64,000 nt of DNA, taken from NCBI GenBank assembly GCA_051362555.1, contig CM120643.1:2604001-2668000 (forward strand), written 5' to 3'. Origin of the DNA: Lingula anatina (taxonomy: Eukaryota > Animalia > Brachiopoda). The notes beneath the pieces were generated by a model. That model was given only the letters and a program-made list of their open reading frames with translations, had not been told where the DNA came from and did no database searches. The translations under genes were made by a program, and so were the position numbers. Positions 1 to 12,673 of the stretch are shown piece after piece (the first letter of the stretch is position 1; each line of letters begins with the position of its first letter).

Positions 1-178
1 GGTGCAAAAATGAAAGTGAAACTGAAGATTATCCTTTTTTTTTCTCACTGGGCATTAAGATGTTCTTTTTTTTCCTCCTCACAAAGTTTTTTAGTTTTTT
101 CTTTTCATTTTTAATATGTGGCCCCTCACAGAGTCTTTTATGCATTTTCTCTCTTTTTTTTTTTTTTTTTTTTTGTGG

Positions 179-265
179 TCTCCTCAGACTTAAACTAATG
201 AGTAATGAATTAAGCTAAGGTGGTTCTTCATATAAAATATCAGATTAGCTTTTCATCATGGGAGA
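179..265 (-). ncRNA. Candidate intronic box C/D snoRNA in CNOT1
   Basis: Minus strand (sense to CNOT1) reads TCTCC-C-ATGATGA (box C)-AAAGCTAAT-CTGA (D')-TATTTTATA-TGAAGA (C')-...-CTGA (box D)-GGAGA. 87 nt, with a 5-bp terminal stem TCTCC/GGAGA and canonical box spacing. Confidence 0.7.
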
Positions 266-362
266 TCTCTTAAACCAAAATCATATTCTTAAATAAAGAA
301 TCACAAATATGACAGAACTTGAAATGTACCAACCCCCCCCAGGAAGACTGATCTCCCCCTAC

Positions 363-3300
363 CTTGGCGCAGTCTCTCCACATTTGGAGGCTGCTGCTGC
401 TGTTGTTTTAGCGTGGCATTCATACTGAGGGCGCTGAGTGAGCGTGCTCCAGACGCCATGCTGGTCTGTATGCCCAGGCCACCAGAGGGCATGCTGGTCT
501 GGATACCAAGGTCTGGAATAGTTACAAATATATTTCAGTATTGCAATTATATTAAACTATAGTAACATGTTACTTTTCTTATCGTAAGATCTATATTGTA
601 CTGAATGTACTGACCGTTGAATTTACTCACCCTCAGTTACACTCACTTATACAGGCAATAAGATAATATTTTTGGCTCCCAAAAAGTCGGAAATCTTCCA
701 CAAGTCATAAAAATCTCACTCCTGCTACTGACAGTGCCAGACCACTTACTTTGTAACTGTGAAGTCAAGTTCTGCATGGGGTTGGTCTGCATAGGGTTGA
801 ACCCTGGCTGTGCAGGGGGCGTGGACTGAGAGACGTTCGGGAAATTCTTGGCTGGCGAGGCCGGGGTGCCACTCAGGGAGGCTGCTAGCCCCTGGGGGAA
901 GCCTGGTCCACTGGGGAATCCCCCTGGGGGTGGTACCCCTAGTCCTGACAGAGGACCCAAGCTGGTCATGGGGTCCATCTGAAATATGAAGAGTTTCGTT
1001 AACTCAAGGTTAGACAAAGGATGTTTGCCAAAAATAAATAAATGAATAAATAAAAAAAGTTATGATAATAATAACAGTAAAAATAAACTTAAAATAAATA
1101 AATGTATAAATAAATAAATAAAATTAATTAATGATTAAATGAATAAATCATAAAAAATCAAAAAAAGAATCCACCAAAAATATCAACTTATTAATCAAAC
1201 TGTGGACCCAATGGATTTCCAAAATCATAAAAAACTATCACTAAACCCTTCATTTTAAGTGAAACCCCTCCATTTCCGACCCCTTCCCGTACCTGGTTCA
1301 GTCCTGTGGGTGGGGGACCTATGGGGGGTGTGACCCCTTTCCCTCCTACCACCCCCGGGGCTGTCTGTCTGGCCTTCTGGAGGATGTGGGAGGCATTTCC
1401 AAACATGGTGAGGATGTTCTCTGACAGCTCAGGACTCACATTTCTACAAACCAAGGTGCATTATATAAATATGGCGTCTGGTAATACATGAAATTAACTC
1501 GTGAACAAAATATATAGGCAATCTAATTGGGCACATTTTAATAAGACTTTATTTGGTAAAATGGTTGCTCAATATTGAATATTTAAAATCTTAATAACCC
1601 TGGATGTCCCAAAAATTTCTTGCAGAGACCCTTACTTCATTTTGGCAAAGATCATTACTTTCACAAGTCAGCAATACACAAAAAGACGATACCCAAATGA
1701 AATTGCTTGTCTAGGTTTTAATTGTAAAGAGTGACATGAAGAGCTTTTTTAAACACTGCTGATAGAACCCTGGTAACAAACAGCAAATTTCTTTGTATCC
1801 ACACACACAAACTCTTGTCACACACACATAAACAAGCACACACGCACACACACACACACACACGACCCGTATTCTTACCCAGCACACGCGTGCAGACAGG
1901 CCAACATGGTGGTCAGTGTCTCAGGTGGCAGCTGCTGACTCTTGGACTGTGGCTGGTCATCCTTCATCCCTGGACCAGTCAGCTGTGGACAGCGCCTCTT
2001 CAGGAAGTTCACACACGCCTGAATGAACGGCTCCTGCAGTGACGAAATGTGGGGTTAGTTTCTCCTGTTCTTTTCAATCTTCAAATCAATTACCGCCAAT
2101 GTCAACTTACATCATCTACATATACACAGTGCATAATGCCCAACTCTTAACTTGCATCTTGTAAAATGTGATAAGTATTCTTGTCAAATATCCATGTTGC
2201 ATCCCTTGTCTATTGATGAAGGTGACTAAAAAAATCCAGATGATCAACTCCCTCACCCTATGTTCTCTTAACTTATTAGAGCGCCCCCTTCCTTTACTGA
2301 TAGAGGTAACTTTACAGCAAATAACATATAGCACTCACCCCATGTTCTCTCATCTTATCTGAGAGCCACTTGTCCAGCTTCAGGTACTCTCTCCTGCTGG
2401 CCAGACATGCAAGGTCAATAACAAAGGCAAACGGTGTCGCATTTAGCAACATGGACAGGGCCTGGAAGGAAGGAATTACACTTTTAACATAAACAATGAA
2501 AGTATATTTATTTTAGTGTTGTCTCAAAAGGAAAAGCTGAATGACTGAATTTAAAAGAAAATGTGTACAAGCTCTCCTCAACTATTATGGAACAAATGAA
2601 AAATTCTGTAATTTAGTTCATTACATGCTGAGGCTCATAAAGCATAGATAACTGCCAAAATCAAAAGAACTCACAAAGTAGGATACCAACTTTTTTTTAA
2701 CATAATGGACCCCATCCCCAAGTTTTCTTTATTACAACCCACATGAGAATCAATCCAATCCCACAAGCAACCCTTATGCCAACCCAAGGCGCCATTCAGG
2801 ATAGAAGATCCGAGTATCAAACCTACATGAAAGGAAGACTGCTTAATCCTGTAATGGTCTCTCCGCCTCTCACACGCCTACCCACCCGTCATCCCTGCAG
2901 GGGCATAGTAATCAAATCTCGACTCCATTAATCAGAAATGTGGGGAGGTGTGTGAGAGGCGGAGAGGCCATTACAGGATTAAGTGGTCTTCATTTTAAGT
3001 AGGGTCTGCCATATTTGAGCCTTAAGCCACTTGATACTCGGATCTTCTCACTCTGAATGGTCCCCAAGAGACATAAGCTACAGTCACCACTCCACCTTAA
3101 GATCCTGGGCCACGTCAAGAATCCTGGACAGCCGACTCTGGTCGTGGTGCTCGCCGCGCATGTACCACTCGGCCATGGAATGCATGATGAGTGTGCGTAT
3201 GGTGGTGGACTGGCTCTGGCAGTGCCACGCGTAGTGGAGAACCACGCCAGAGTTGGGGTGGTTGCCGAGGAAGATCGGCATCAGTGTGGAGATGAGCTCG

Positions 3301-6177
3301 TGTTTTAGTGTGTTCCAGTTGGGCTGAAAAAGGCAAAAGTAATACTATTTTACAAGGAGTTTCAGTTATAAAACTTCACTGATTCAAAATGATGAAAGAG
3401 AAATGAATTAGGCTACGTATTCCCGTGATCCCGAAGAAATACTCCCATATACCATTTAACAATGAGTTGTAGTTATAAAACTTCACTGATTTAAAATGAA
3501 AAAAGAGAACTGAATTAGGGTACTTCTCAATGTGACCAAAACAAGAGAAATGCTTCATGTACCGATTTAACAATAAAACCAATGATTTAAAATGATGTCA
3601 CTTTAATTGAGCATGTTGAATACATATGTATCCTCCACAAATGCAACTTGTAAAAAGTTCCCAACTTTCATTTCTAATTATTAACAGGCAAAAGTCCAAC
3701 TTCAAGGTCATGTTGTCTGTTCACAGCTGTAAACTTTACTATTTGGGTGAAAGCCAACAGTAATTACAAAGTCTCTATCCCTATCACTCACTGCCATGAT
3801 TCCTAATTGAAAGAAAATGTAGCAAGAAAACCACTGTGCCTTTTTTACTGGGGGCCGTAAATAGCTCAGCTAAAACTGGGACTTCTGATTTAAAATATTT
3901 CAAAGAACTCATTTCTGTGAACTCACAGAGATCTGGAGTAGTGCCAGCACCAGCATGTCTGGGCAGTGTTGTATGGGGAACTTGAACAGTTCTGTAATCT
4001 GTTGGTACAACCCAGCATCTGACAGCTTCAGCAACACTTCCACCAAATCCAGGGATTTCCTAGAGGAGAAAATAGAACACATAAAATCTACACCTTGCAC
4101 AGGTTTTAATCATAATTTCACTTCAATGGGAAACATAGCCAAGGTAATCATCTTTTACGGACATAGTTGTGATGTTGTACTTGTTCAAAGAAGCTTCTCT
4201 TTTATATTATCAAAGCACAACACGGAAGAGCAAGTCAAGTGTAGAACTTAACAAATCCCAAGTATTCATATCATTTTTAAGTAGTAATTAATAAGAAAAG
4301 TTTTCCCTCCAATTTTATCCCTTATTTCCTATCCCAGAATTCACTACAAAAACTTAAAACTTCACAATGGTTTCACCAGCTGCGTACCAAGTAGCAATCT
4401 CCCTGTTCTCGTCATCGGGCGGAGTCTTAAGGATGTCAATCACCACAGGGTGACAGGGATAGTCGGCAAAACAAAACACGTCAGGATTCTTCAATGACTG
4501 GGACAGCCAGGACAGCTGGAAGAGAGTTTTGGACATTTGACATACAGCACAACAGTGTATGTTATCTGCTGGAATCTAATATCTGTGAAATACTAACATG
4601 GTGAAATGGACAGTGTCGGACTTTAAAATTCTCATACCTGTGAAATATCAACATGGTGCTAAAAACAGGTCAACTTAGCTGGAGAAAATGAAAATATTCA
4701 AATAGACTTCGATAATTTAAGGGCCCATTCCCACTGTAACTATCGGTCTCTATAGATCGACCCAACTCCGCACAGACTCTCACTGACTGCAATCAAATTA
4801 ACACTCCTCCACCGGTGTTGAGAAGAATATAGAAAGCTGATGATTAAACAAGCACCTTGGAAATAAAAAGAGGCATGATAATTTGATTACAATCAGCGAG
4901 AAGTCTAACGGATAAGTATCAATCTACGCAAGATGGGAATGGGCCCTTTAACTTAAGTCAAAATTATCCACTGGATAAAAATAAGATAAACTTGCTGTAT
5001 ATCTACCTGGCTTCTAAATGGCACTGAGTTAATGGTTTAATTTACACCTGATGTGAACCCACCTGTCCCTCCGTGTTCTTCCATGTCCTGTAGATATATT
5101 CCACTGGGAACACGTCCCCCCTCAGTCCACGGAAGAGAGCCTGGACCAGCAGGCGTAACCCTGGTTTCCCCAGCACCAAGAAGCCCTCATGGTCCAGCTC
5201 ACTGACCACTTCTCTCCAGTTAATATGAGGACCCTGGAAGTGGTATTAAGATGTTATGTTTCTATAAAATTTCTAAAGAACCTGTGTTTTTAAGGGATTG
5301 CAAAAAATAAAATGTAAAAATCGAGTGTTCATCACTTTTAAATGAAGCTACAATCATTATTTCTCTCAATTTTTGCAGATATATATATATATTTTTTACA
5401 CTGTGTGTGTGTGCATATTTTATAGTTTATGTTGCTGCTGAACCTGAACATTTCCTGAACATTTCACTGAAATACACATTTTTCTGCTCTTTTACCCATA
5501 ACGAAGCGTAGCCCACTAAGGGGTGAGACTGCCATTTAGTGAAAAATTCAGAAAATATGGCATGGGATCAAGGGGGCTGCCTAGGTCAATGATATTATTG
5601 GCTCCCCAAAAGTCGGAAATCTACCGATAGTCAGAAAAATCTCATTTCTGCCCACTAGAAGACGACAATTTCAGTTGCTGTAACCTGCCACTCACCATGT
5701 CATGAACAACTTGTACAAAGACATCAACATTCCAGGTGCTAATCCCAACAGAATCTGGCTTGTCTTTGCCATCACTCCATATAGTGCTGCCACCTGGACC
5801 ACTCAGGGACTGCGGAGACGAGAAAAAACCATGGCTAATTTTTACAGGTCATCTATTGCTTCGTTCCTTTGTTTGCATTGTTCACAACCAAGTTGAGCCA
5901 GGCTTAACTGAGCTGCAGCTCAAATATGGAGGACCCCACTTGAAAGCATGCTGCGTAACCCTGCAGAGACGGCATTCATAGGAGGCAGGGAATCCATTGG
6001 GGGATTACACAACATGATTTCAATCGGCACCATATTTGAGCCCTGGCTTAGTTAGGCACCAGACTCGACTTGGTTGTGAACTGAACCTTACATAGGTCTC
6101 TATAAGTAAGTAGACATGATGAAAGAAATCTTTCTTCAGCACACCTGCTTCAAAAACCAAATCAGTTTTTGACAGTT

Positions 6178-6209
<32 letters not shown>

Positions 6210-9200
6210 CAACAGTTTCATCATGTTTTATTTTTTTATCAACATATATTGGTTTAACTAAATCAGGGTGCTTAAATAATACACTTTCTATCAACCCAAC
6301 TCCTTTCAAATGTTATGTACTAAGAAATGCACCTTACAGTATGTAAATATATAACTTGCCTGTACGCTTGCCTAGATCTTACCTGTATATTTACTATGAC
6401 TTACCTGTATGTTTACCTGGTCTTACCTGTATATTTACTATAACTTACCTGTGTTTACCTGGTCTTACCTGTATATTTACTATGACTTACCTGTATGTTT
6501 ACCTGGTCTTACCTGTATATTTACTATGACTTACCTGTATGTTTACCTGGTCACCTAGACCTGTAGGTGTTCTGGCCATCATTCCAAGAACACGCGCAAT
6601 GGCGCCTGCCGTCAGCTCGCGAGCTCCCACTTGGAGCAGCGTGGTGCGACATTCTTCAACACTGAAAGACACAAAATACAACGTCGTCACATTTCATGTG
6701 CCAGAGAAAAAATCTAATACTAACAAATGATAACTGCCCGTGTTCCTTATTTCAGTAACAGAGAATAAAATATTAAATAAATATTCAGTATGCAAACTGG
6801 GAAGGGTGGGTTTTCTACTCATTTTTAAGTTTCATTTTCAAATTCCAGATCATCTTATCACCTTTCTAGTTTCAGAATATTTCAACCAAGCACAGGAAAT
6901 TGTTAAATTAAAGGAGGTAAAACAGCCATCTTTACCTAGCAGTACACCCATATCCAGCCTCCAGTAAAATGTCAGCTAGGGAGCCCTCCATCTGAAACAT
7001 AAGAGAGCACTATACAGGAAGTATTCTTATAACAAGCAGAATTCACATTTCAGACAATATTCACATAACAGGCAGTATCCACATTAGGCAGTGTACCTTT
7101 ATAACAGATTACACAATGTTGCACAAATGAAGTATTCTAACACACACTACCCCAGACTCTTTTTTTATTTTTTTGAAATTATCGCCAAATTTGTTTCTCA
7201 GACCACTGATAATCCATACCATTGACTTGGGCATGGTGATAGAGTCTGGGTTCAGTTTCTCCAGAGGTAAGTCCTGTAATTCTGGGTACAGCAGAGGAGA
7301 GAGCACAACTGGTACTCGGTCCTTGGGAAAATCTGGAGAAAATTAATTTTCAAAAAATTATAAATAAATAAAATAAATAAATAAATAAATTCCCATCTGA
7401 TGTAAATCAAGGTGCATTACACACTGCATAAATGGAGGATAGCACTTTTTACCAACAAATAAAAGTAAAGCACAGAGCACAAAGAGTTCATGACCACCCC
7501 TCTCTACCCCCCCTCCCCTACATTGACAACTGTATTAGATTCCAAAGTAGGGCAAATATTGTACACTCAGCTTATTATGTGTTGTATATTGTTAATTGTA
7601 CCTCTTTGTAGACTTTTTATAAAGGCCTCTTTCTGATCTGACGATATGTCAAAGCTCTCTCTGTCCTTGGCGAGATGAGTCAGCAAGAAGTGGACAACTT
7701 CTACTGCCACCTCCTGTAGACCGCTCTCTTGGCTTACACTGGGATCTGGACACAGCAAGACATAAGATTTTGAGTAAAGAAATAACTAAGGGCTCGTTTC
7801 AAATAAAACTATCGTTCTATGTAAATCAAATCTACTCTGCAATCAGACTAGCACGCCTCCTCTCGGCATTGATTAGAATACAGAAAACTGGTGCTAAGTA
7901 AGTAAGTTCCAGTAATTGATTCAATTATTTTTGTTATTTACGACAACTCAATGACTGAGAACAAAACAACAACAATAACAATCAACTAGAAGATTTACTT
8001 ACCCGAGTCCAAGTGACACCTGAGCAATTCAGGGAATTTCTGTTTCACAAACTGCACTGCAAACGTCCTGGTGTCCGCGACGGAGGAGCTGAGCAGAGCT
8101 AAGCCGAAGACCACCTCCTGGACCTTGGTCAGCTTCAGGAACTTACTCAGCTGAGGCAAGAGATGAGGGGACGCACGTAAGGTCTGAAACGTTAGTGGAA
8201 ATGAAAGGTTGTATACATTATTACAATATGGCGGTGTTCAGAATAGAAGTTAATGAACTAGCAAGATCAGATTATGAAAATTTTTTTAAAATTATGATTG
8301 ATCTATCTCAGCAGAGACTCTTGACAAGTCCCAGCCAATGTAATCGGCTTTATTGTCTGGCATTTTGTACACAGCATATGAATAAAGGAGATAGCCCTAA
8401 ATGGGACACAAAGCCCATAGTATATATATAATGATGTAGTGAGATAGGTGTTCCACAATGTATTAAAAATATTTAATAGCACTTATTAAAGCAGAAATGT
8501 CAAAGTATGAGCCTACTCACTCCCCTTAAGCCTCTCGCCTCAGCAAGATTGAAGTAGTATTTGTTGGCAAGGTTACATGCAGAAAACTTAATTGAACAGC
8601 CAGACATTAAATCTAGAAGTTATGCAAAGTTTGCTGGACCAGAAGACTTTTTGCAGTACTAACAGCAACTTCACAATGGCTGTATATTAACTGGTGGCTG
8701 GTTTCCTGGAATGACTATTCTAAGCACAATTTTCTACCCACATTTAAGTCTTTGAACATTTTATTGCTCATTACTATCAGTTTCAGCATCTTTGACCCCT
8801 GACCAAGCTACCAATTCAGTATTACAGGTAACTAACTTACTTTTTGCTGGTGCAATGGATTGTCTATAGCAAAGCAAAGTATGGACACAAAGTTAGGCTT
8901 GGAAATCAGAGCACTGCTTTCCTGTATCAAATACTGGGTCTGAAATATACAGAGAAAGAGGTCTAAAAACTGACAGAAAGTGCTACTAAAATGTGCATTT
9001 CATATTCATAGAAAAACAAAATACAGAAATAACATAAAATAAGTTATGGTTCAAGTGAAAAGTCAGATAATGAATTTGCATTTTAAGTACAGATGCTACT
9101 AACTCAAACAACATATTTAAACTAAAAGCTTTGCATCTTTAATATATAAAAACTCTTCTAAAACAAGTTATAAATTTTGAAGGACAATAATCATGAAGTA

Positions 9201-10133
9201 CACCCAAGCTCAAGCAAGTTCACTCACTTTAGCCAAATGCTGAACATAATGTACATAAGGTAGAGAAAACGCATGGGACGTAGAAAAAATGTACTAGTAA
9301 GTGAAAATGTCAAAGACACAGTATTATCTGAAGACTTAAGTATTTTATCTACAATTTAACTCTAACAAAATTCACACTGGAGAGACAGCAGTAGACAGTG
9401 TACCTACCTGGTGAAAATCTTTGTCTTTCACTGTACTTTTACCATCCCCACTGAAGTCAACGTGTGAAAAAAGGCACCTGTAAAGATGCCTTTCTGCCTC
9501 AGCTCCGTGCTGAGAGACCAGCTACAAAATACAAGTTTACCTTCAGCTTGGAGAAACGACCTTTCATTCTAGTAGATTACAATATAATTTTTGGAAAAAA
9601 AAGCGTTCATTAATGATTTCTACTAAAGGAAAGACCCTTCTGGACACATAAAGATTCTCCACCATTAAAAAGCATTCTATGAAAATTCCATCTGAGATTG
9701 AAAGTGAACGATGTGGGTAAACTTTTTCTGATGATGACACTATATCAGCTGTTTATCTCAACAATTACATTAGTCATAACCAAGAGGTCATTATTCTCCT
9801 AGCGTTAAATTAAGCAACCTATTTGAACCACTATCAATTTTGATATTAACTTTATTTCATACGTTTATTCTGTTTCAAACTCAATTTCAAAGTGAAAGTG
9901 AAGTGTGTTATTTCACAAAATGCAGTGATTTGCTCAGATTGACCGGTCATAGTTCAAACTTATCAAGTCATGACGTAACTTCTTACTTTAAAGGTGCGAC
10001 ATTGTCCCCTTCAAGAAAATACAATACTTACATGCGATATTTCTGATACACTGGATTTGAAATTTTTCTTTGTTAGATTGGCCACCGAATAGCTGATTTG
10101 AGACAAGGCAAAAGATAACGAATCTAGATTCAT
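363..10133 (-). CDS. CNOT1: CCR4-NOT transcription complex subunit 1, 5' portion (18 coding exons; gene continues past the left edge)
   Basis: GT-AG exons with consistent phases: 10133-10032, 9521-9408, 8939-8841, 8183-8003, 7745-7602, 7332-7220, 6991-6936, 6661-6535, 5809-5696, 5233-5063, 4515-4388, 4059-3927, 3323-3096, 2461-2339, 2033-1879, 1443-1293, 978-750, 512-363. Translation [26 protein letters not shown]...[14 protein letters not shown]...FCFADYPCH...DDNREIATWKSLDL...[12 protein letters not shown]...[11 protein letters not shown]...[18 protein letters not shown]...[10 protein letters not shown] closely matches the human CNOT1 N-terminus as recalled. Confidence 0.97.
2788..3064. mobile_element. 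PIF/Harbinger-like MITE in a CNOT1 intron
   Basis: Imperfect TIRs GGCGCCATTCAG...GAAGATCCGAGTATCAA / TTGATACTCGGATCTTC...CTGAATGGTCCC, an internal inverted repeat, and a 3-bp CAA direct repeat on both flanks. Confidence 0.7.
4720..4947. mobile_element. PIF/Harbinger (Tourist-like) MITE
   Basis: TIR AGGGCCCATTCCCA...TGGGAATGGGCCCT flanked by a TTA duplication (4717-4719, 4948-4950). Confidence 0.75.
5879..6082. mobile_element. Palindromic MITE
   Basis: GTTCACAACCAAGT...ACTTGGTTGTGAAC inverted ends with an inner CTCAAATATGG/CCATATTTGAG pair. Related copies at ~21990-22195 and 29828-30005. Confidence 0.65.
6377..6550. repeat. 44-bp minisatellite (4 copies) overlapping the CNOT1 exon 8 donor site
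   Basis: Unit TCTTACCTGTATATTTACTATGACTTACCTGTATGTTTACCTGG at 6377, 6421 (42 bp), 6463 and 6507, plus a degenerate partial copy at ~6349-6376. Confidence 0.95.
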
Positions 10134-10139
10134 AATTCT

Positions 10140-10570
10140 GTCATAATACTGTCACGAAAGCCTCAAATTTCTTTGAAGCTCTCTCTCCCCGGTCCACGCG
10201 TTTCTTGAGTTATTTTTCTCTCCTCGGAATCCAACTACCGATAGGATAGGCTCCAACATGGGGAAATATTTACAAATTCTTCACAGTTTCTTTGGCATCA
10301 TGGCGTCAAACTCGCCCCGGCCATGTTGGATTAACTTCGGCAATTTCCGTTCCGAAGCTCAGTACGTGTTTTACTGTTTAAATAGGGATTATACAATTCC
10401 CTATATAACATTTGCATATTATAACTTTAAACGTAGAACAAATTCAGTAATAAAATTACAACTTCGATAAATAAAAAATGCGTTTTTTTTCCGTTTTCAC
10501 TTCCGGAAAGTTGTTCGGCAATTTCCGTAATCTTTAGATTGTGACAGGTGCGCGCCTTCTTCATACACGC
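10140..10570 (-). promoter_or_regulatory. Probable CNOT1 promoter/5' region
   Basis: CpG-enriched stretch immediately upstream of the ATG, with an ETS-type CACTTCCGGAAAG at 10498-10510 and a YY1-like CCAACATGGC (minus strand) at 10320-10329. Motif calls only; the TSS is not known. Confidence 0.5.
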
Positions 10571-11529
10571 AATGGCTTGTGGTACGACTACGTTTTCCCT
10601 CTATTATGTGTCGACTTTTTTTGCGGGTTGTTTTTTCATTTTTATTTTGGAAATGTGAAAAAGAGAAATAAAACGCTCAACAAAATTTTATGAGAGATTT
10701 ACAAGATTGTTGTATTTCAATTGCCCCTGAACCGAAATAAAACTCTTCCTCTTAAACTCTACCTTTAATCTTCTCATGTCACATTCCAATAGCACGATAT
10801 ATCACACAGATTCGCCTGTTTTTCCACAACTTTCCATTCTAAGTAATTCGTCAATCTGTTCACATTTCCTTATTTAGTGGTGGTGTGATGTTTTGCGCTC
10901 TTGCATACATGTAATATCTATTATTAACCATCTTTCCATTACGCTCTAATATCATTCATCAATTTATTGCCTAATTAGGTAATGGTGAGATAATTGTACC
11001 ATAGGTTCAGGGGCGGATCGAGGATTAATTGAAGGGGGGGGTGGGGGGGGGGGGGGCGGATGCGAAGCCGACATCAAGCCTGCTTCATACGCTGTCTTAA
11101 CTACGCCTAGTGGCTGATTACATACTGGGGTTGGGGTTAGTCGGCGACTAGAGGCTGAGGATTTTAGAACCCTTGGGCAGTCGGTACCTACCCGAAATTA
11201 ATAATCGACATGATGAAAAACTTTTTTTTAAACCTATAAAGTAGACTACAATTATGTAATAATGTTAATCAAAATTATTAAAAGGGTGTTTTCAAGTAAT
11301 TCTGATAGTTGATTGGCGTTTGTGATGAATTAATGGATTGTTTAAACTTCATTTCAGAAAATTCATTCTAATAAATTGCTTACAAGGTCAGCTAACACAG
11401 GAGCAGTGAAAAGGTTAAGCAGTAAAGCCTTGATTGAAGCAAGTAAGTTTGAATAGTACACCACGGTCATTTGGGAGAGACCGTTCCAAATAAAGGGGTG
11501 TTATGTAGGGCGATTCTATTCCATTACAC

Positions 11530-12028
11530 GGGTGGCAGGTGGGGCGAGTCCATTGCACAAAAGGGGTGACAGTTGGGGCGATTCCATTGCACAAAAGGGG
11601 TGTCAGGTGGGGCGATTCCATTGCACAAAAGGGGTGGCAGGTGGGGCGAGTCCATTGCACACAAGGGGTGGCAGGTGGGGCGAGTCCATTGCACAAAAGG
11701 GGTGGCAGGTGGGGCGAGTCCATTGCACAAAAGGGGTGGCAGGTGGGACGAGTCCATTGCACAAAAGGGGTGACAGGTGGGACGAGTCCATTGCACAAAA
11801 GGGGTGACAGGTGGGGCGAGTCCATTGCACAAAAGGGGTGACAGGTGGGGCGAGTCCATTACACAAAAAGGGGTGACAGGTGGGGCGAGTCCATTGCACA
11901 AAAAGGGGTGCCAGGTGGGGCAAGTCCATTTCATTAAAGGGGTGACAGGTGGGGCAGGTCTATTGCATGAAAGGGGTGACAGGTGGGGTGAGTCCATTGC
12001 ATAAGGAGGGGAGACAGGTAGGGCAAGT
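11530..12028. repeat. 34-bp G-rich minisatellite, ~14-15 copies
   Basis: Unit GGTG(G/A)CAGGTGGGGCGAGTCCATTGCACAAAAGG; it explains the six overlapping repetitive ORFs in the track. Confidence 0.95.
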
Positions 12029-12673
12029 CTGCGAATTCTAATTATCCCAATTTGGTTCAGAGAACAGGAATTGAAGAAATTGTACCGTTTTACTCTCAGT
12101 AATGAAATTTTTTGGCCAATTTCAGTCGACATCGGAATCATCCCACATTTTCATAATTATGTTCAAATAACAGATAAAGTATTTATACTAAGAACAGGTC
12201 GCCAAATTAAAACAACTCACGATAGCAAAAGCCAAAACCGTCAAAATGGGACCCTCCCTATATAAGAAAATATAGGAAAATTATATCCAAATTAGTTTCA
12301 TATGCTATAGAACAAAAATCTCATGTGAATTTTTTAAAAACCAGGATTGCAAATTTATAGATATTATATTTCAGTGCGCTAAAACAGCTTGGAGGGGTTA
12401 TTTAGAAAATACTGGTCATTTTAACAATTTAAAATTTAGGTACCACAGAAAACAGTCAACCACATAAACATTGATATTATTTACAGATCAGATTAAATTT
12501 TAAAGTCCTCAAACACTTAAAATAACTCATTTTCCATTATGATTCTTACTATCCTTATCATAATAATTTCATAACAAAGTGAAAAATAAAACGCCAAATT
12601 ACAAAAAGTTTTTATTGAGTTTTCATATAATAGATATATAAAGGAGCGTGGGTTCCTCTGTGTGAAACAAAGG

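Noticed and set aside
6162-6224. ATGATGA...CTGA pair on the minus strand
   Set aside because: The interior is a (TA)/(GA) microsatellite with no C'/D' boxes or convincing stem.
8494-8605. Possible H/ACA snoRNA in CNOT1 intron 3 (ATACTA and ACA-TTT on the minus strand)
   Set aside because: The hairpins are weak by eye and there is no match to recalled SNORA46/50; a covariance-model search is needed.
11530-12028. CRISPR-like regular repeats (also 28294-28620)
   Set aside because: Head-to-tail tandem units with no unique spacers, no cas genes and a eukaryotic context.
11415-12141. Multiple overlapping Cys/Pro-rich ORFs (up to 205 aa)
   Set aside because: They are by-products of the stop-poor 34-bp minisatellite; the period is not a multiple of 3.
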